DNA of 64,000 nucleotides from positions 172 through 64,171 of the forward strand of contig JBBTRP010000006.1 in the NCBI GenBank assembly GCA_038065125.1. Direction: 5' to 3'. Position numbers and translations under genes: made by a program. The stretch comes from Patescibacteria group bacterium (GTDB lineage Bacteria; Patescibacteriota; Patescibacteriia; JACQRZ01). Below are positions 47,626 through 56,401 of this stretch, piece by piece; position 1 is the stretch's first letter, and each line of letters starts with the position of its first letter. Under the pieces are notes generated by a model that saw only the letters and a program-made list of their open reading frames with translations, made no database searches and had not been told where the DNA came from.

Positions 47626-48813
47626 ATGGAATCAACTCCGTTGCGCTATCACCTCGCAAAAGACACAATCGATCGAAGCGATATCGACGCTCTTATTGAG
47701 TGGCTCAAAGGATATCCGCGATTGACAAAGTCAACCCTCACGACCGAGTTTGAAAAAAAATGGTCAGAGTGGCTAGGCATGGATTTCTCCGTTTTTTGCA
47801 ACTCTGGATCTTCGGCGAATCTATTGATGTTTGCCGCGCTCCTGGAGTCAAAGCGTCTTGCAAATAAGAAGGTGATCGTGCCGTCAGTTGGTTGGGGAAC
47901 CACAATTGCGCCTGCTATGCAGCTGGGATTTGAACCAATCATGTGTGAAGCGGATTCTGAAACCTTCGGCCTCGACCTCGATCATCTACGTATTCTACTT
48001 GAAAAGCATCATCCATCGACAGTCATTATGGTGCAAGTATTGGGGGTTCCCCATAAGATGGACGAACTCCTTTCTCTAAAGGAGCAATATGGCTTTATTT
48101 TACTTGAAGATGCCTGTGCAGCAATGGGTGCGTCGTATAAGGGAAAGCATGTTGGCACGTTCGGAGACATGGCGAGTTTTTCCCTCTACTTCGGTCACCA
48201 GATATCGACAATCGAGGGTGGACTTGTATCGACTAATGACCCCAAGTTCCGTGATCTACTCCTTATGCTAAGAAGTCATGGGTGGGGCAAGGACCTGGAC
48301 GAAGAAACGCATAACGCATTTGTAGACAAACACGCGATCGATGATTTCCACAAACCATTCGTTTTTTACATCCCGGGATACAATGTGCGATCAACAGACT
48401 TGAACGCATTTTTGGGTATCCGCCAGATCGATAAGATGGAGCGACTCATCAAGTCTCGATCAGAAAATCATAGTCGCTACACGCAGCTGCTCGGATCGTT
48501 TTTCCAGTGCCAAAAAGCACCCGACCAGTCGGTTGTGTGTAGTATCCATTTCGGCGCACTTGCACATAGTCGAGAGCAGCGGAAAGCAATCGTCTCAGCG
48601 TTATTGGAGAACGGCATCGAAACACGCATATTTTCTGCAGGCAACCTCGGCCTTCATCCGTTTTGGACGAGAAGCTATGGAGAGACATCGTTCCCTGTTG
48701 CCGATCGCATTCACCACGCCGGTTTTTTTCTGCCCAATCATCCGTCCTTAGGGGAGAAAGACATCGAGTTTATCGTGCGAGTTGTGCTTCAAGCCGCTTC
48801 TGTCACCAGCTAA
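47626..48813 (+). CDS. PMP-dependent NDP-4-keto-6-deoxyhexose 3-dehydrase (E1/DdhC- or ColD-like; DegT fold with Lys replaced by His)
   Basis: DegT/DnrJ/EryC1 fold. The Schiff-base Lys position reads SLYFGHQISTIEGG (His), as in E1 and ColD. Confidence 0.75.
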   Translation: MESTPLRYHLAKDTIDRSDIDALIEWLKGYPRLTKSTLTTEFEKKWSEWLGMDFSVFCNSGSSANLLMFAALLESKRLANKKVIVPSVGWGTTIAPAMQLGFEPIMCEADSETFGLDLDHLRILLEKHHPSTVIMVQVLGVPHKMDELLSLKEQYGFILLEDACAAMGASYKGKHVGTFGDMASFSLYFGHQISTIEGGLVSTNDPKFRDLLLMLRSHGWGKDLDEETHNAFVDKHAIDDFHKPFVFYIPGYNVRSTDLNAFLGIRQIDKMERLIKSRSENHSRYTQLLGSFFQCQKAPDQSVVCSIHFGALAHSREQRKAIVSALLENGIETRIFSAGNLGLHPFWTRSYGETSFPVADRIHHAGFFLPNHPSLGEKDIEFIVRVVLQAASVTS

Positions 48814-48814
48814 T

Positions 48815-49750
48815 ATGGCAAAAGTTTGCGTTACCGGCGGAGCAGGGTACATCGGATCAATGCTTGTGCCAGAACTCCTTAGGCGCGGGCATGAGGTCGT
48901 CGTCGTTGATAATTTTATGTATCGACAAACATCCTTGCTTGAGTGTGTGCACGACCCCACGCTCAACCTTGTACGAGGCGACGCCCGTAACCGACAGACC
49001 ATACAACGTGCCGTGAAGGGTTGCGATGTTATCATTCCGCTTGCGTGTATTGTCGGCGCCCCTGCATGCGATAAAGACTCTCAGCTTGCGCGTTCGACAA
49101 ACCTCGATGCCATACTTCTCCTTTTGGAACTTCGCGATCAAGGCCAGCGAATTATTTTTCCGAACACTAATAGCGGGTATGGTATTGGGCAGGACGGTAT
49201 GTTTTGCACAGAGGAGAGTCCTCTCAATCCAGTTTCGCTCTATGGACAGCTAAAGGTAGAGGCGGAAAAGCGACTGCTCGAGGCGGGCAACGCCATTACA
49301 TTTCGACTTGCAACAGTATTCGGTATTAGCCCACGCATGCGGTTAGACCTTTTGGTAAATGACTTCGTCTACCGCGCGGTCTTTGATCGCTTCGTAGTCC
49401 TCTTTGAGCCTCATTTTAAGCGTAACTACATTCATGTTCGCGATGTTGTTTCTGCGTTCTTGCACGCGATTGATCATTTTGATGAGATGAAGGATACGAC
49501 CTATAATGTCGGTCTTTCTAATGCTAATTTATCAAAGCATGAACTCTGTCAGGAAATTCAAAAAATTCTTCCATCTTTTGTTTTTCAGGAGGCGTCGATC
49601 GGGGAAGACCCAGACAAACGAAACTATGTTGTCAGTAATGAAAAAATAGAAGCAACCGGCTACCGCCCACAAGTGTCGTTGCGGCAGGGAATCGAGGAGC
49701 TGGTTAAGGGGTATCAGGTCATTCCACCGCATCACTACTCCAACCGGTAG
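48815..49750 (+). CDS. NAD(P)-dependent sugar-nucleotide reductase/epimerase (CDP-abequose/paratose-synthase or ColC-like SDR)
   Basis: MAKVCVTGGAGYIGS. YGQLKVEAE. Lies immediately downstream of the 3-dehydrase. Confidence 0.7.
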   Translation: MAKVCVTGGAGYIGSMLVPELLRRGHEVVVVDNFMYRQTSLLECVHDPTLNLVRGDARNRQTIQRAVKGCDVIIPLACIVGAPACDKDSQLARSTNLDAILLLLELRDQGQRIIFPNTNSGYGIGQDGMFCTEESPLNPVSLYGQLKVEAEKRLLEAGNAITFRLATVFGISPRMRLDLLVNDFVYRAVFDRFVVLFEPHFKRNYIHVRDVVSAFLHAIDHFDEMKDTTYNVGLSNANLSKHELCQEIQKILPSFVFQEASIGEDPDKRNYVVSNEKIEATGYRPQVSLRQGIEELVKGYQVIPPHHYSNR

Positions 49751-49754
49751 TTCT

Positions 49755-50753
49755 ATGGGACGCACCTTTCAAAAAGTGCTCGTTACGGGCGCGAGTGGTT
49801 CTGGTGGAAGTTATCTCGTTGACTACATAGCAGCGAATCATCCCCATGTTGAAATTCACGGCGCTACGCGTTGGCACAGCACGACTACAGGAGCCAACCT
49901 TTCACGCTCGCGCGACAAGGTCAAACTCCACGAGTGTGATTTGTGTGATTTAAGTTCCGTCGTCCGAGTGCTCAGCGAGGTCAAGCCAGACGCGATTTTT
50001 CATCTTGCAGCATACGCAAACGTCCGAGCATCGTTTCAAACTCCGCTCACGGTCATTGAGAACAATGTGATGGGAACGGCAAACCTCCTCGAGGCTATGC
50101 GCCTAACGGGGTGTGATGCGGTACTGCAACTGGCCAGTACGTCAGAAGTGTACGGACAGGTTGACCCCAGTGACGTACCCATTAAGGAAGACTGTCCAAT
50201 CCGGCCCTCGAGCCCCTATGCAGTCTCGAAAACGACACAAGATTTGCTTGGTGGAGTGTATTTTAGAAGTTACGGTATGAAGATTGTACGTACACGGATG
50301 TTTGCGTACATCAATCCGCGAAGAGAAGATCTATTCGCGACCTCTTTTGCAAAACAAGTCGCACTTATCGAGACCGGGATGCAGACAGAACTTTTGCATG
50401 GCAACCTGGACTCGACCCGAACCCTTCTTGACGTACGTGATGCGATGGAATCTTACTGGGTTGCGACATCGCTTTGCGAGTTCGGCGAGATATACAATAT
50501 CGGCGGGGAGACCGTGATTACGGTCGGGGAGTTTTTAGAGCTCCTAAAGAAAAACTCTACCGTTACCATACAGTCGCGCGTCAATCCAGACCTTCTCAGA
50601 CCATCGGATGTGACCTTGCAAATACCCGATACATCGAAGTTTTTTAAGGCTACCGGATGGCGCCCTAAGTACTCCTTTGAGGAGAGCGTGCTTTTTCTTT
50701 TAAATTACTGGCGCGAGCGCATTCGTGCGGGTAATCTAACAAAATTGATATGA
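49755..50753 (+). CDS. NAD-dependent epimerase/dehydratase (extended SDR)
   Basis: VLVTGASGSGGSYL. YAVSKTTQD. Confidence 0.8.
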   Translation: MGRTFQKVLVTGASGSGGSYLVDYIAANHPHVEIHGATRWHSTTTGANLSRSRDKVKLHECDLCDLSSVVRVLSEVKPDAIFHLAAYANVRASFQTPLTVIENNVMGTANLLEAMRLTGCDAVLQLASTSEVYGQVDPSDVPIKEDCPIRPSSPYAVSKTTQDLLGGVYFRSYGMKIVRTRMFAYINPRREDLFATSFAKQVALIETGMQTELLHGNLDSTRTLLDVRDAMESYWVATSLCEFGEIYNIGGETVITVGEFLELLKKNSTVTIQSRVNPDLLRPSDVTLQIPDTSKFFKATGWRPKYSFEESVLFLLNYWRERIRAGNLTKLI

Positions 50754-51460
50754 AAGTCAGCTTATTCATACCGACACTAAATGAGATTGAGGGCGTCAAG
50801 GCGATCATGCCGCGCGTTAAGCGCGAGTGGTTCGATGAAGTTATTATTGTGGACGGAAATTCAACGGACGGGACACGGGAGTATCTTGAATCTCTCGGGT
50901 ATAGTGTATTGTCCCAAACAGTTCCGAACCTGATGGGCGCATGGTGGCAGGGATTCCAGGCTGCAACAGGAGATGTGATTGTTCTCTTCAGTCCGGATGG
51001 AAACTCTATTCCAGAGCTCCTTCCAGCACTCATTAAAAAAATGCGGGAGGGCTATGATATGGTGACCGTTTCCCGCTATAAAGATGACGCAAAAAGCGAA
51101 GATGACGATTTACTAAGCAAGCTTGGTAACGGTTTTTTTACGGGTATGATTAATTTGCTTTTCCGTTCACATTATACCGACGTTCTTGTCATCTTTCGGG
51201 GATTCAAAAAAGAGTTACTTACGTCTTTCCATCTTACTAAAGATTCCGGAGCTCAGTTCAACCCAACGAGGTTAGGAATTTATGAGCTTTTTCTATGTAT
51301 CGGCTGCGCAAAACAGAAAAAAAGGGTTGCTGAAATTGCTGGTGATGAGTTGCACAATATTGGACGAAATGAAAGTAGGGCGTTTAAAAATAATTATGCA
51401 AAAATCGCTGCCGCGTTCACCATGCTGTACCATATTGTGAGGGAACGGATTTCTTCTTGA
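50750..51460 (+). CDS. GT2 glycosyltransferase, polyprenyl-phosphate sugar synthase-like (DPM1/GtrB-like catalytic domain)
   Basis: VSLFIPTLNE..IIVDGNSTDGT..FSPDGN. Confidence 0.7.
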   Translation: MKVSLFIPTLNEIEGVKAIMPRVKREWFDEVIIVDGNSTDGTREYLESLGYSVLSQTVPNLMGAWWQGFQAATGDVIVLFSPDGNSIPELLPALIKKMREGYDMVTVSRYKDDAKSEDDDLLSKLGNGFFTGMINLLFRSHYTDVLVIFRGFKKELLTSFHLTKDSGAQFNPTRLGIYELFLCIGCAKQKKRVAEIAGDELHNIGRNESRAFKNNYAKIAAAFTMLYHIVRERISS

Positions 51461-51509
51461 TTCGAACCATTTTTTTTGTATTCAGATATTTTTTACTCAT
51501 GCAAATTGA

Positions 51510-52493
51510 CTAAGCAATCCTATTGCGCGGCGGTCCGCCTTCCAGTGTTCTTTTGACGTTTGTCGAAGCTTTTTTTCGCATTTCCTCCCACGACTGCTTA
51601 GAATAGTATGCGGAATGAGGAGTGATGATAATTCTGTCATGATAGGCAGATGACTCATTAGTCCACATGCGAAGAAGTTTATCAGAAAAATTCGGCGGCT
51701 CCTGCGGAAGAACATCAAAACCAACTCCTGCCAAGGTTCCGTTTTCAAGTGCGACGGCAATACTATCAAGACTTGCAATAACTTTACCTCGGGCGGTGTT
51801 AATAAGAATGGATCCATGGTTGAGTCGTGAGAGGATTTTCTCGTCGATCATACCCAGTGTCTCATCTGAGAGCGGGCAATGAATAGAAATGATAGTCGAA
51901 GAAGAAATAAGATCGCTGAGAGAATCGTATCGGACCATGTTTAGTATTTTCTCATAGCCTGGGGAGATAAAAGGGTCGTAGCAGCCGATCTGCATACCGA
52001 ATGCACTCATCCGTAGAGCTACAGCAGAGCCAATCCTGCCAGCGCCTATGATCCCAAGGCGGTGTTCGTTGAGGCGTCGTATGTCGGGTAAAGAGTTTTG
52101 GCTCCAGGCATGCGGCCCTTTTTTTGAAAAACGATCGTATTCAAGGATTTTTCTGGTTAACGTGAGTATCATCGCGCAGGCGGTATCGGCAACTTCGTGT
52201 ACACCATAGTCCGGTGTGTTGCACGTGATTATTCCCTTCGTGCTGGCATAGGTGTGGTCGATATTGTCAAATCCCACGCCATATCGCTGGATGATTTTGC
52301 ACTTTTTCAGTCTGTCGATCGTCCGAGCAGACACACGCGCGCCCCAGACAAGCAGGGCGTCTGCATCCGCAACTGCCTCTCCAAATAGAGACTCATCGCC
52401 TTTATTTAAGCATATGACCTCATACTCCTCGCCAAGGGTAGCCGTTTCAATATCGGGATTGACTACGTAGTCAGTTATCACGATTTTTTTCAT
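51510..52493 (-). CDS. D-isomer-specific 2-hydroxyacid dehydrogenase
   Basis: GIIGAGRIGSAV NAD motif. 2-Hacid_dh catalytic and NAD-binding order. Confidence 0.8.
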   Translation of the reverse strand: MKKIVITDYVVNPDIETATLGEEYEVICLNKGDESLFGEAVADADALLVWGARVSARTIDRLKKCKIIQRYGVGFDNIDHTYASTKGIITCNTPDYGVHEVADTACAMILTLTRKILEYDRFSKKGPHAWSQNSLPDIRRLNEHRLGIIGAGRIGSAVALRMSAFGMQIGCYDPFISPGYEKILNMVRYDSLSDLISSSTIISIHCPLSDETLGMIDEKILSRLNHGSILINTARGKVIASLDSIAVALENGTLAGVGFDVLPQEPPNFSDKLLRMWTNESSAYHDRIIITPHSAYYSKQSWEEMRKKASTNVKRTLEGGPPRNRIA

Positions 52494-53026
52494 ATCCCGC
52501 CGCCGAGAACCCGCAGGACGGCCACCATGAAAGCCGCCGTATCGCGAGGATGACGTGATGTAATTAGTGAGCCATCGATTATGGCCGGAGCATCTTCATA
52601 AAGCGCGCCGGCATTTAATAGATCTATTGCAATGGCTGGGTGACAGGTTGCTCGGCGTCCATCGAGTATTCCCGCCGAAATCAATACCTGTGGTCCATGG
52701 CAAATGGCCGCAACCATTTTCCCCTCGTCATGCAGCGTTTTAATGAGCGAGAGTGCTTGCGGAATACGTCGGACCCTGTCGGGAGCCTCAAAGCCACCGG
52801 CAATAATTACGCCATCATAATCGGCGGGTTGAAGGTAGGCAATATCTGACTGTGAGGCGTAAAACTCGACAAGACGACTTGCCGGATAGCCCAGTCGCCC
52901 TACTGCCGGCAATCCATTCGGGGTGGCAATAATCGGCTCGTACCCAGCCTCTTTCAACCGAATAATTGGATAGATAAGCTCCTCATCTTCAAAGCCATTT
53001 GCTGTAAGAAAGATGATTTTTTTCAT
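52490..53026 (-). CDS. DJ-1/PfpI family protein (glyoxalase III/protease-like)
   Basis: AAICHGPQVL nucleophile-elbow Cys. 178 aa. Confidence 0.8.
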   Translation of the reverse strand: MKKIIFLTANGFEDEELIYPIIRLKEAGYEPIIATPNGLPAVGRLGYPASRLVEFYASQSDIAYLQPADYDGVIIAGGFEAPDRVRRIPQALSLIKTLHDEGKMVAAICHGPQVLISAGILDGRRATCHPAIAIDLLNAGALYEDAPAIIDGSLITSRHPRDTAAFMVAVLRVLGGGI

Positions 53027-53115
53027 AAAAGTAGCCGTATATTATTTTATGTGATGCTAAATCGCTATTGAGGAAAGGTCAACTATTCGCTGGCGATAAG
53101 CGGTGATTTGACAGG

Positions 53116-54027
53116 ATGAACGATACGGTTACAGTATATCAGTATATGGAAAATTTTGTCACAGGAATAAACACAGAGAACGCCACATCACAGTCGCTCG
53201 AGTGCTGGCGAAAAATGTGTGTTGCCCGGACCTTTGAACTGAATGTCAAAAAGGCTTTTGATGCCAAAGCGATTCGCTGCCCCATTTATCTTTCTCTTGG
53301 ACAGGAGTCAATCCCTGCAGCGGTCTCAACCCTCTATAAGAACCCGGCAATTTTTGCTCAACACCGCGCGCATTCGACATATCTTTCATTCGGAGGAGAT
53401 CCTGAAACACTCATTGATGAGCTGCTTCTTAAGCCAACCGGGTGTAGTGGAGGGATGGGGGGGTCAGCATCGATTCAGGACAAATCCATCTCAATGTTTG
53501 GCCATACGGGATTCATTGGAGATCAAATTCCCATATCGGTTGGTTTCGCGCTTGGAGCAGCACGTAACGTGTTAACGATATTTGGAGACGCTGCAGCAGA
53601 GGAGGATTATGCGGCATCATCAATCGGGTATGCTGCGCATAAGAAGCTTCCGATTCTTTTTGTGTGCGAGGATAATAATCTGTCCATCTTAACAGAAGTA
53701 AAGGTTCGCAGGAGCTGGAAAATTGTGGATGTCGCTCGAGCGATGGGTGTTGCAGCCGAAGACATATCGGATGATCCGTGGGAAATCATGCAGTCGGTGA
53801 GCGAGATGATCGGCCACCTCCCGGCACTTCTCAACATTCATACCATTAGACATCTATGGCATTCAGGTACCGGTATTGATGGCGCTCCCGCCTATGATCG
53901 TTTCCTTCTCACGCGTGAAAAATTATCTTCCATGGGTTTGTCATCCGAAGTGGCAGCCATAGAAGACGAAGCCGCGAAACGCATGGAGAATCTGTGGCAA
54001 ACAAAAGTGTATCAACGAGTGAGCTAA
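53116..54027 (+). CDS. ThDP-dependent dehydrogenase E1 component alpha-subunit homolog
   Basis: ThDP-binding GDAA..EDNN motif (IFGDAAAEEDY..LFVCEDNNLSI). Confidence 0.8.
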   Translation: MNDTVTVYQYMENFVTGINTENATSQSLECWRKMCVARTFELNVKKAFDAKAIRCPIYLSLGQESIPAAVSTLYKNPAIFAQHRAHSTYLSFGGDPETLIDELLLKPTGCSGGMGGSASIQDKSISMFGHTGFIGDQIPISVGFALGAARNVLTIFGDAAAEEDYAASSIGYAAHKKLPILFVCEDNNLSILTEVKVRRSWKIVDVARAMGVAAEDISDDPWEIMQSVSEMIGHLPALLNIHTIRHLWHSGTGIDGAPAYDRFLLTREKLSSMGLSSEVAAIEDEAAKRMENLWQTKVYQRVS

Positions 54028-54049
54028 TCAAGAAACAAGTTACGCATTC

Positions 54050-54958
54050 ATGACGGTAGCAGAAACAATCAGTGAGCTTACGAGGGAGCATCTCCAAAAG
54101 AATAATGGCCTTGCCCTGGGGCAGTGTCTCACCGCGGTAGGCTGGGTCGGTGGAACTGTGCCGCAGATGCGAGAGGAGGATGGCCTTGTCGAGCTACCGG
54201 CGACAGATGTTGCCGGAAGTGGCTTTGCGGTTGGCGTTGCACTTGCTGGTAGACGCCCGATATATATCGTTCGGTATCAGGGATTCCAGTGGTATAACGC
54301 AGTCTCTGTAGTTAATTATGCCGCTAAATCAAAGCACATTTGGGGGAGGCCGTGCCCGGTATTTGTTCGATCGATCGCTATGGACGGGGGTATAGGACCG
54401 GTAGCAAGTGGTAGCCACCATAGCATGTTCACACGCATGCCGGGTATACCCGTTGTCGCGCCGATGACTCCGAACGAGTATCGGGCAATTTGGCATCATT
54501 TTCTCTCGCACGATGACCCGATGTACGTGAGTGAGCACAGACGAAGCTTTTCGATTGACTACGAGATGCAAGACAGTATAGGAGAGGCAGATGTAACCCT
54601 ATTTGCCATTTCATCAACGAGACTCAATGCACTCCAGGCAAAAAAAATACTTGAAGAGCAGCATATTCCTTGTAACATTATTCATCTACTCTGGCTGAAG
54701 CCATTCATCGTTGAACAACGCATGCTCTCTGCACTAAACCTCTCGCGGTTTGGCGGATTGGTGATTGATGGAGATTTTGAAAACGGTGTACTTAAACATG
54801 TCGCTTATGACCTTATGCGTAGTTCAAAAGCTGAGATCGAGGTTCTCGGTCTTGAAGATCGCGTAGCGGGTTTTGCACCCGAGCTTGATAACCTTCCTCC
54901 TTCGCCTGATCGAATAGTGGCAAAGGTTATCGATATTATAAACAAGAAGCGGGCATGA
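54050..54958 (+). CDS. ThDP-dependent dehydrogenase E1 component beta-subunit homolog
   Basis: Transketolase-like pyrimidine-binding domain (ELPATDVAGSGFAVGVALAGRRP) plus C-terminal domain. Confidence 0.8.
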   Translation: MTVAETISELTREHLQKNNGLALGQCLTAVGWVGGTVPQMREEDGLVELPATDVAGSGFAVGVALAGRRPIYIVRYQGFQWYNAVSVVNYAAKSKHIWGRPCPVFVRSIAMDGGIGPVASGSHHSMFTRMPGIPVVAPMTPNEYRAIWHHFLSHDDPMYVSEHRRSFSIDYEMQDSIGEADVTLFAISSTRLNALQAKKILEEQHIPCNIIHLLWLKPFIVEQRMLSALNLSRFGGLVIDGDFENGVLKHVAYDLMRSSKAEIEVLGLEDRVAGFAPELDNLPPSPDRIVAKVIDIINKKRA

Positions 54959-55704
54959 TCATTTCCATTATTCCGACCAAGGAAGACATTGAGGCGATTG
55001 CTGACCTTCCTCACGACCCGTCAATTGAGGAAGATGATCTATTTGACTACTCAAGCGTTGTTATAGACAAGCCGTGGGGGTTTGAGTATTCGATTTATAA
55101 AAATGATATGCTCGATGTATGGCTTCTGCGACTGGAGTCCAGCCAGCAGACATCACTGCACTGCCACCCGGGCAAGGATACGTCGCTTATTGCGCTCTCG
55201 GGTAGACTTTCGGTATCAACTCTTACCTCGACACACTGCATTTCATCCGGAGACACCCTACGTATTGCCCGCGGCGCATTCCACTCCACACTCTGTCTCT
55301 CAAATGGTGGTGCGCTAGTGTTGGAGTGTGAAACTCCCGCGAATAAAAAAAACCTTGTGAGGTATAACGATCGGTATGGTAGGCGCGGTAAACGGTATGA
55401 AAGTGGACATTTTGTACAACCGAGAAACGCTGCTCTCCATCCATGTTTTTACTCGTCGGCGATGGATGATATTCACCAGTTCGGCGACTGGAGATGCAAA
55501 CGTGTTGTTTTGTCTGACTCGCAAGCGAAAGACGCGATTCTTGACAGTGTTTCCGAGGGGAGCGCACTTATTTTGCAAGGAAGTATTTATTGCGGCAAGA
55601 GTCGCGATGTGAATTCGCCTGGCAGCGTTGTAATCCTCAATCAGCTCAAAGATGGGTACTCCTTGGCAGGTTCGACCTGCGACCTGCTCCTTCTCTATCG
55701 CTAA
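54955..55704 (+). CDS. cupin-domain protein
   Basis: IDKPWGFE..LHCHPGKDTSLIALSG cupin motifs. Confidence 0.6.
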   Translation: MIISIIPTKEDIEAIADLPHDPSIEEDDLFDYSSVVIDKPWGFEYSIYKNDMLDVWLLRLESSQQTSLHCHPGKDTSLIALSGRLSVSTLTSTHCISSGDTLRIARGAFHSTLCLSNGGALVLECETPANKKNLVRYNDRYGRRGKRYESGHFVQPRNAALHPCFYSSAMDDIHQFGDWRCKRVVLSDSQAKDAILDSVSEGSALILQGSIYCGKSRDVNSPGSVVILNQLKDGYSLAGSTCDLLLLYR

Positions 55705-55705
55705 T

Positions 55706-56401
55706 ATGCCTCGGCGTTACGAAAGTCGTAATTTTCAATCTATTCTCTTTGACTTTGACGGAGTGCTTGGCGACACGATGGAAGATCACTTCCGAGCATG
55801 GAGATCCGCCCTGGCCTTTGTTGGTATCATCCTCAAGCGAGAAGCTTTTTTTCCGCTTGAGGGAATGAGTGTATATGATACCGTTGAGCACTTTTGCAAA
55901 CTTTTTAACATTCCGGCCTCTCGCGCAGACGAGATATTAAACAAGAAGATCGAGCACTATCTCAAACACCACTCATTTGTATTCTTTCCTTTTGTTGAGG
56001 AGTTCATAGATTCTCTTCGGCTGAAAAACATATCCTTTGCTTTGGTGACTGCGGGTATGCGAAACCGTCTTAACGCAACCGTGCCGTTGGATTTCTTGGC
56101 GAAGTTCCCCGTTATTATTACTGGTGAGCGGGGTGTACGCATGAAACCATGTCCCGACCCATACTTGGCGGCAGCCCAAGAGCTTGGGGTCGATCCCCGT
56201 GAATCAATCGTTGTGGAAAATGCGCCACTCGGAGTGCAGGCCGCAAAAGCCGCCGGTTGTTTTTGCATAGCCCTCGAAACCAGTGTATCAAAGGAGTATC
56301 TCACTCAGGCAGATGAAACATACCCATCATTTCTCGATATGCAAAAATCTTTAGCAATCCAAAACCTTACTATTAGTACCATATGCCTACAAAAAAAATA
56401 G
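55706..56401 (+). CDS. HAD-IA hydrolase (beta-phosphoglucomutase/phosphatase-like)
   Basis: ILFDFDGVLGDT motif I, taken from the internal ATG just after the cupin stop. Confidence 0.75.
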   Translation: MPRRYESRNFQSILFDFDGVLGDTMEDHFRAWRSALAFVGIILKREAFFPLEGMSVYDTVEHFCKLFNIPASRADEILNKKIEHYLKHHSFVFFPFVEEFIDSLRLKNISFALVTAGMRNRLNATVPLDFLAKFPVIITGERGVRMKPCPDPYLAAAQELGVDPRESIVVENAPLGVQAAKAAGCFCIALETSVSKEYLTQADETYPSFLDMQKSLAIQNLTISTICLQKK

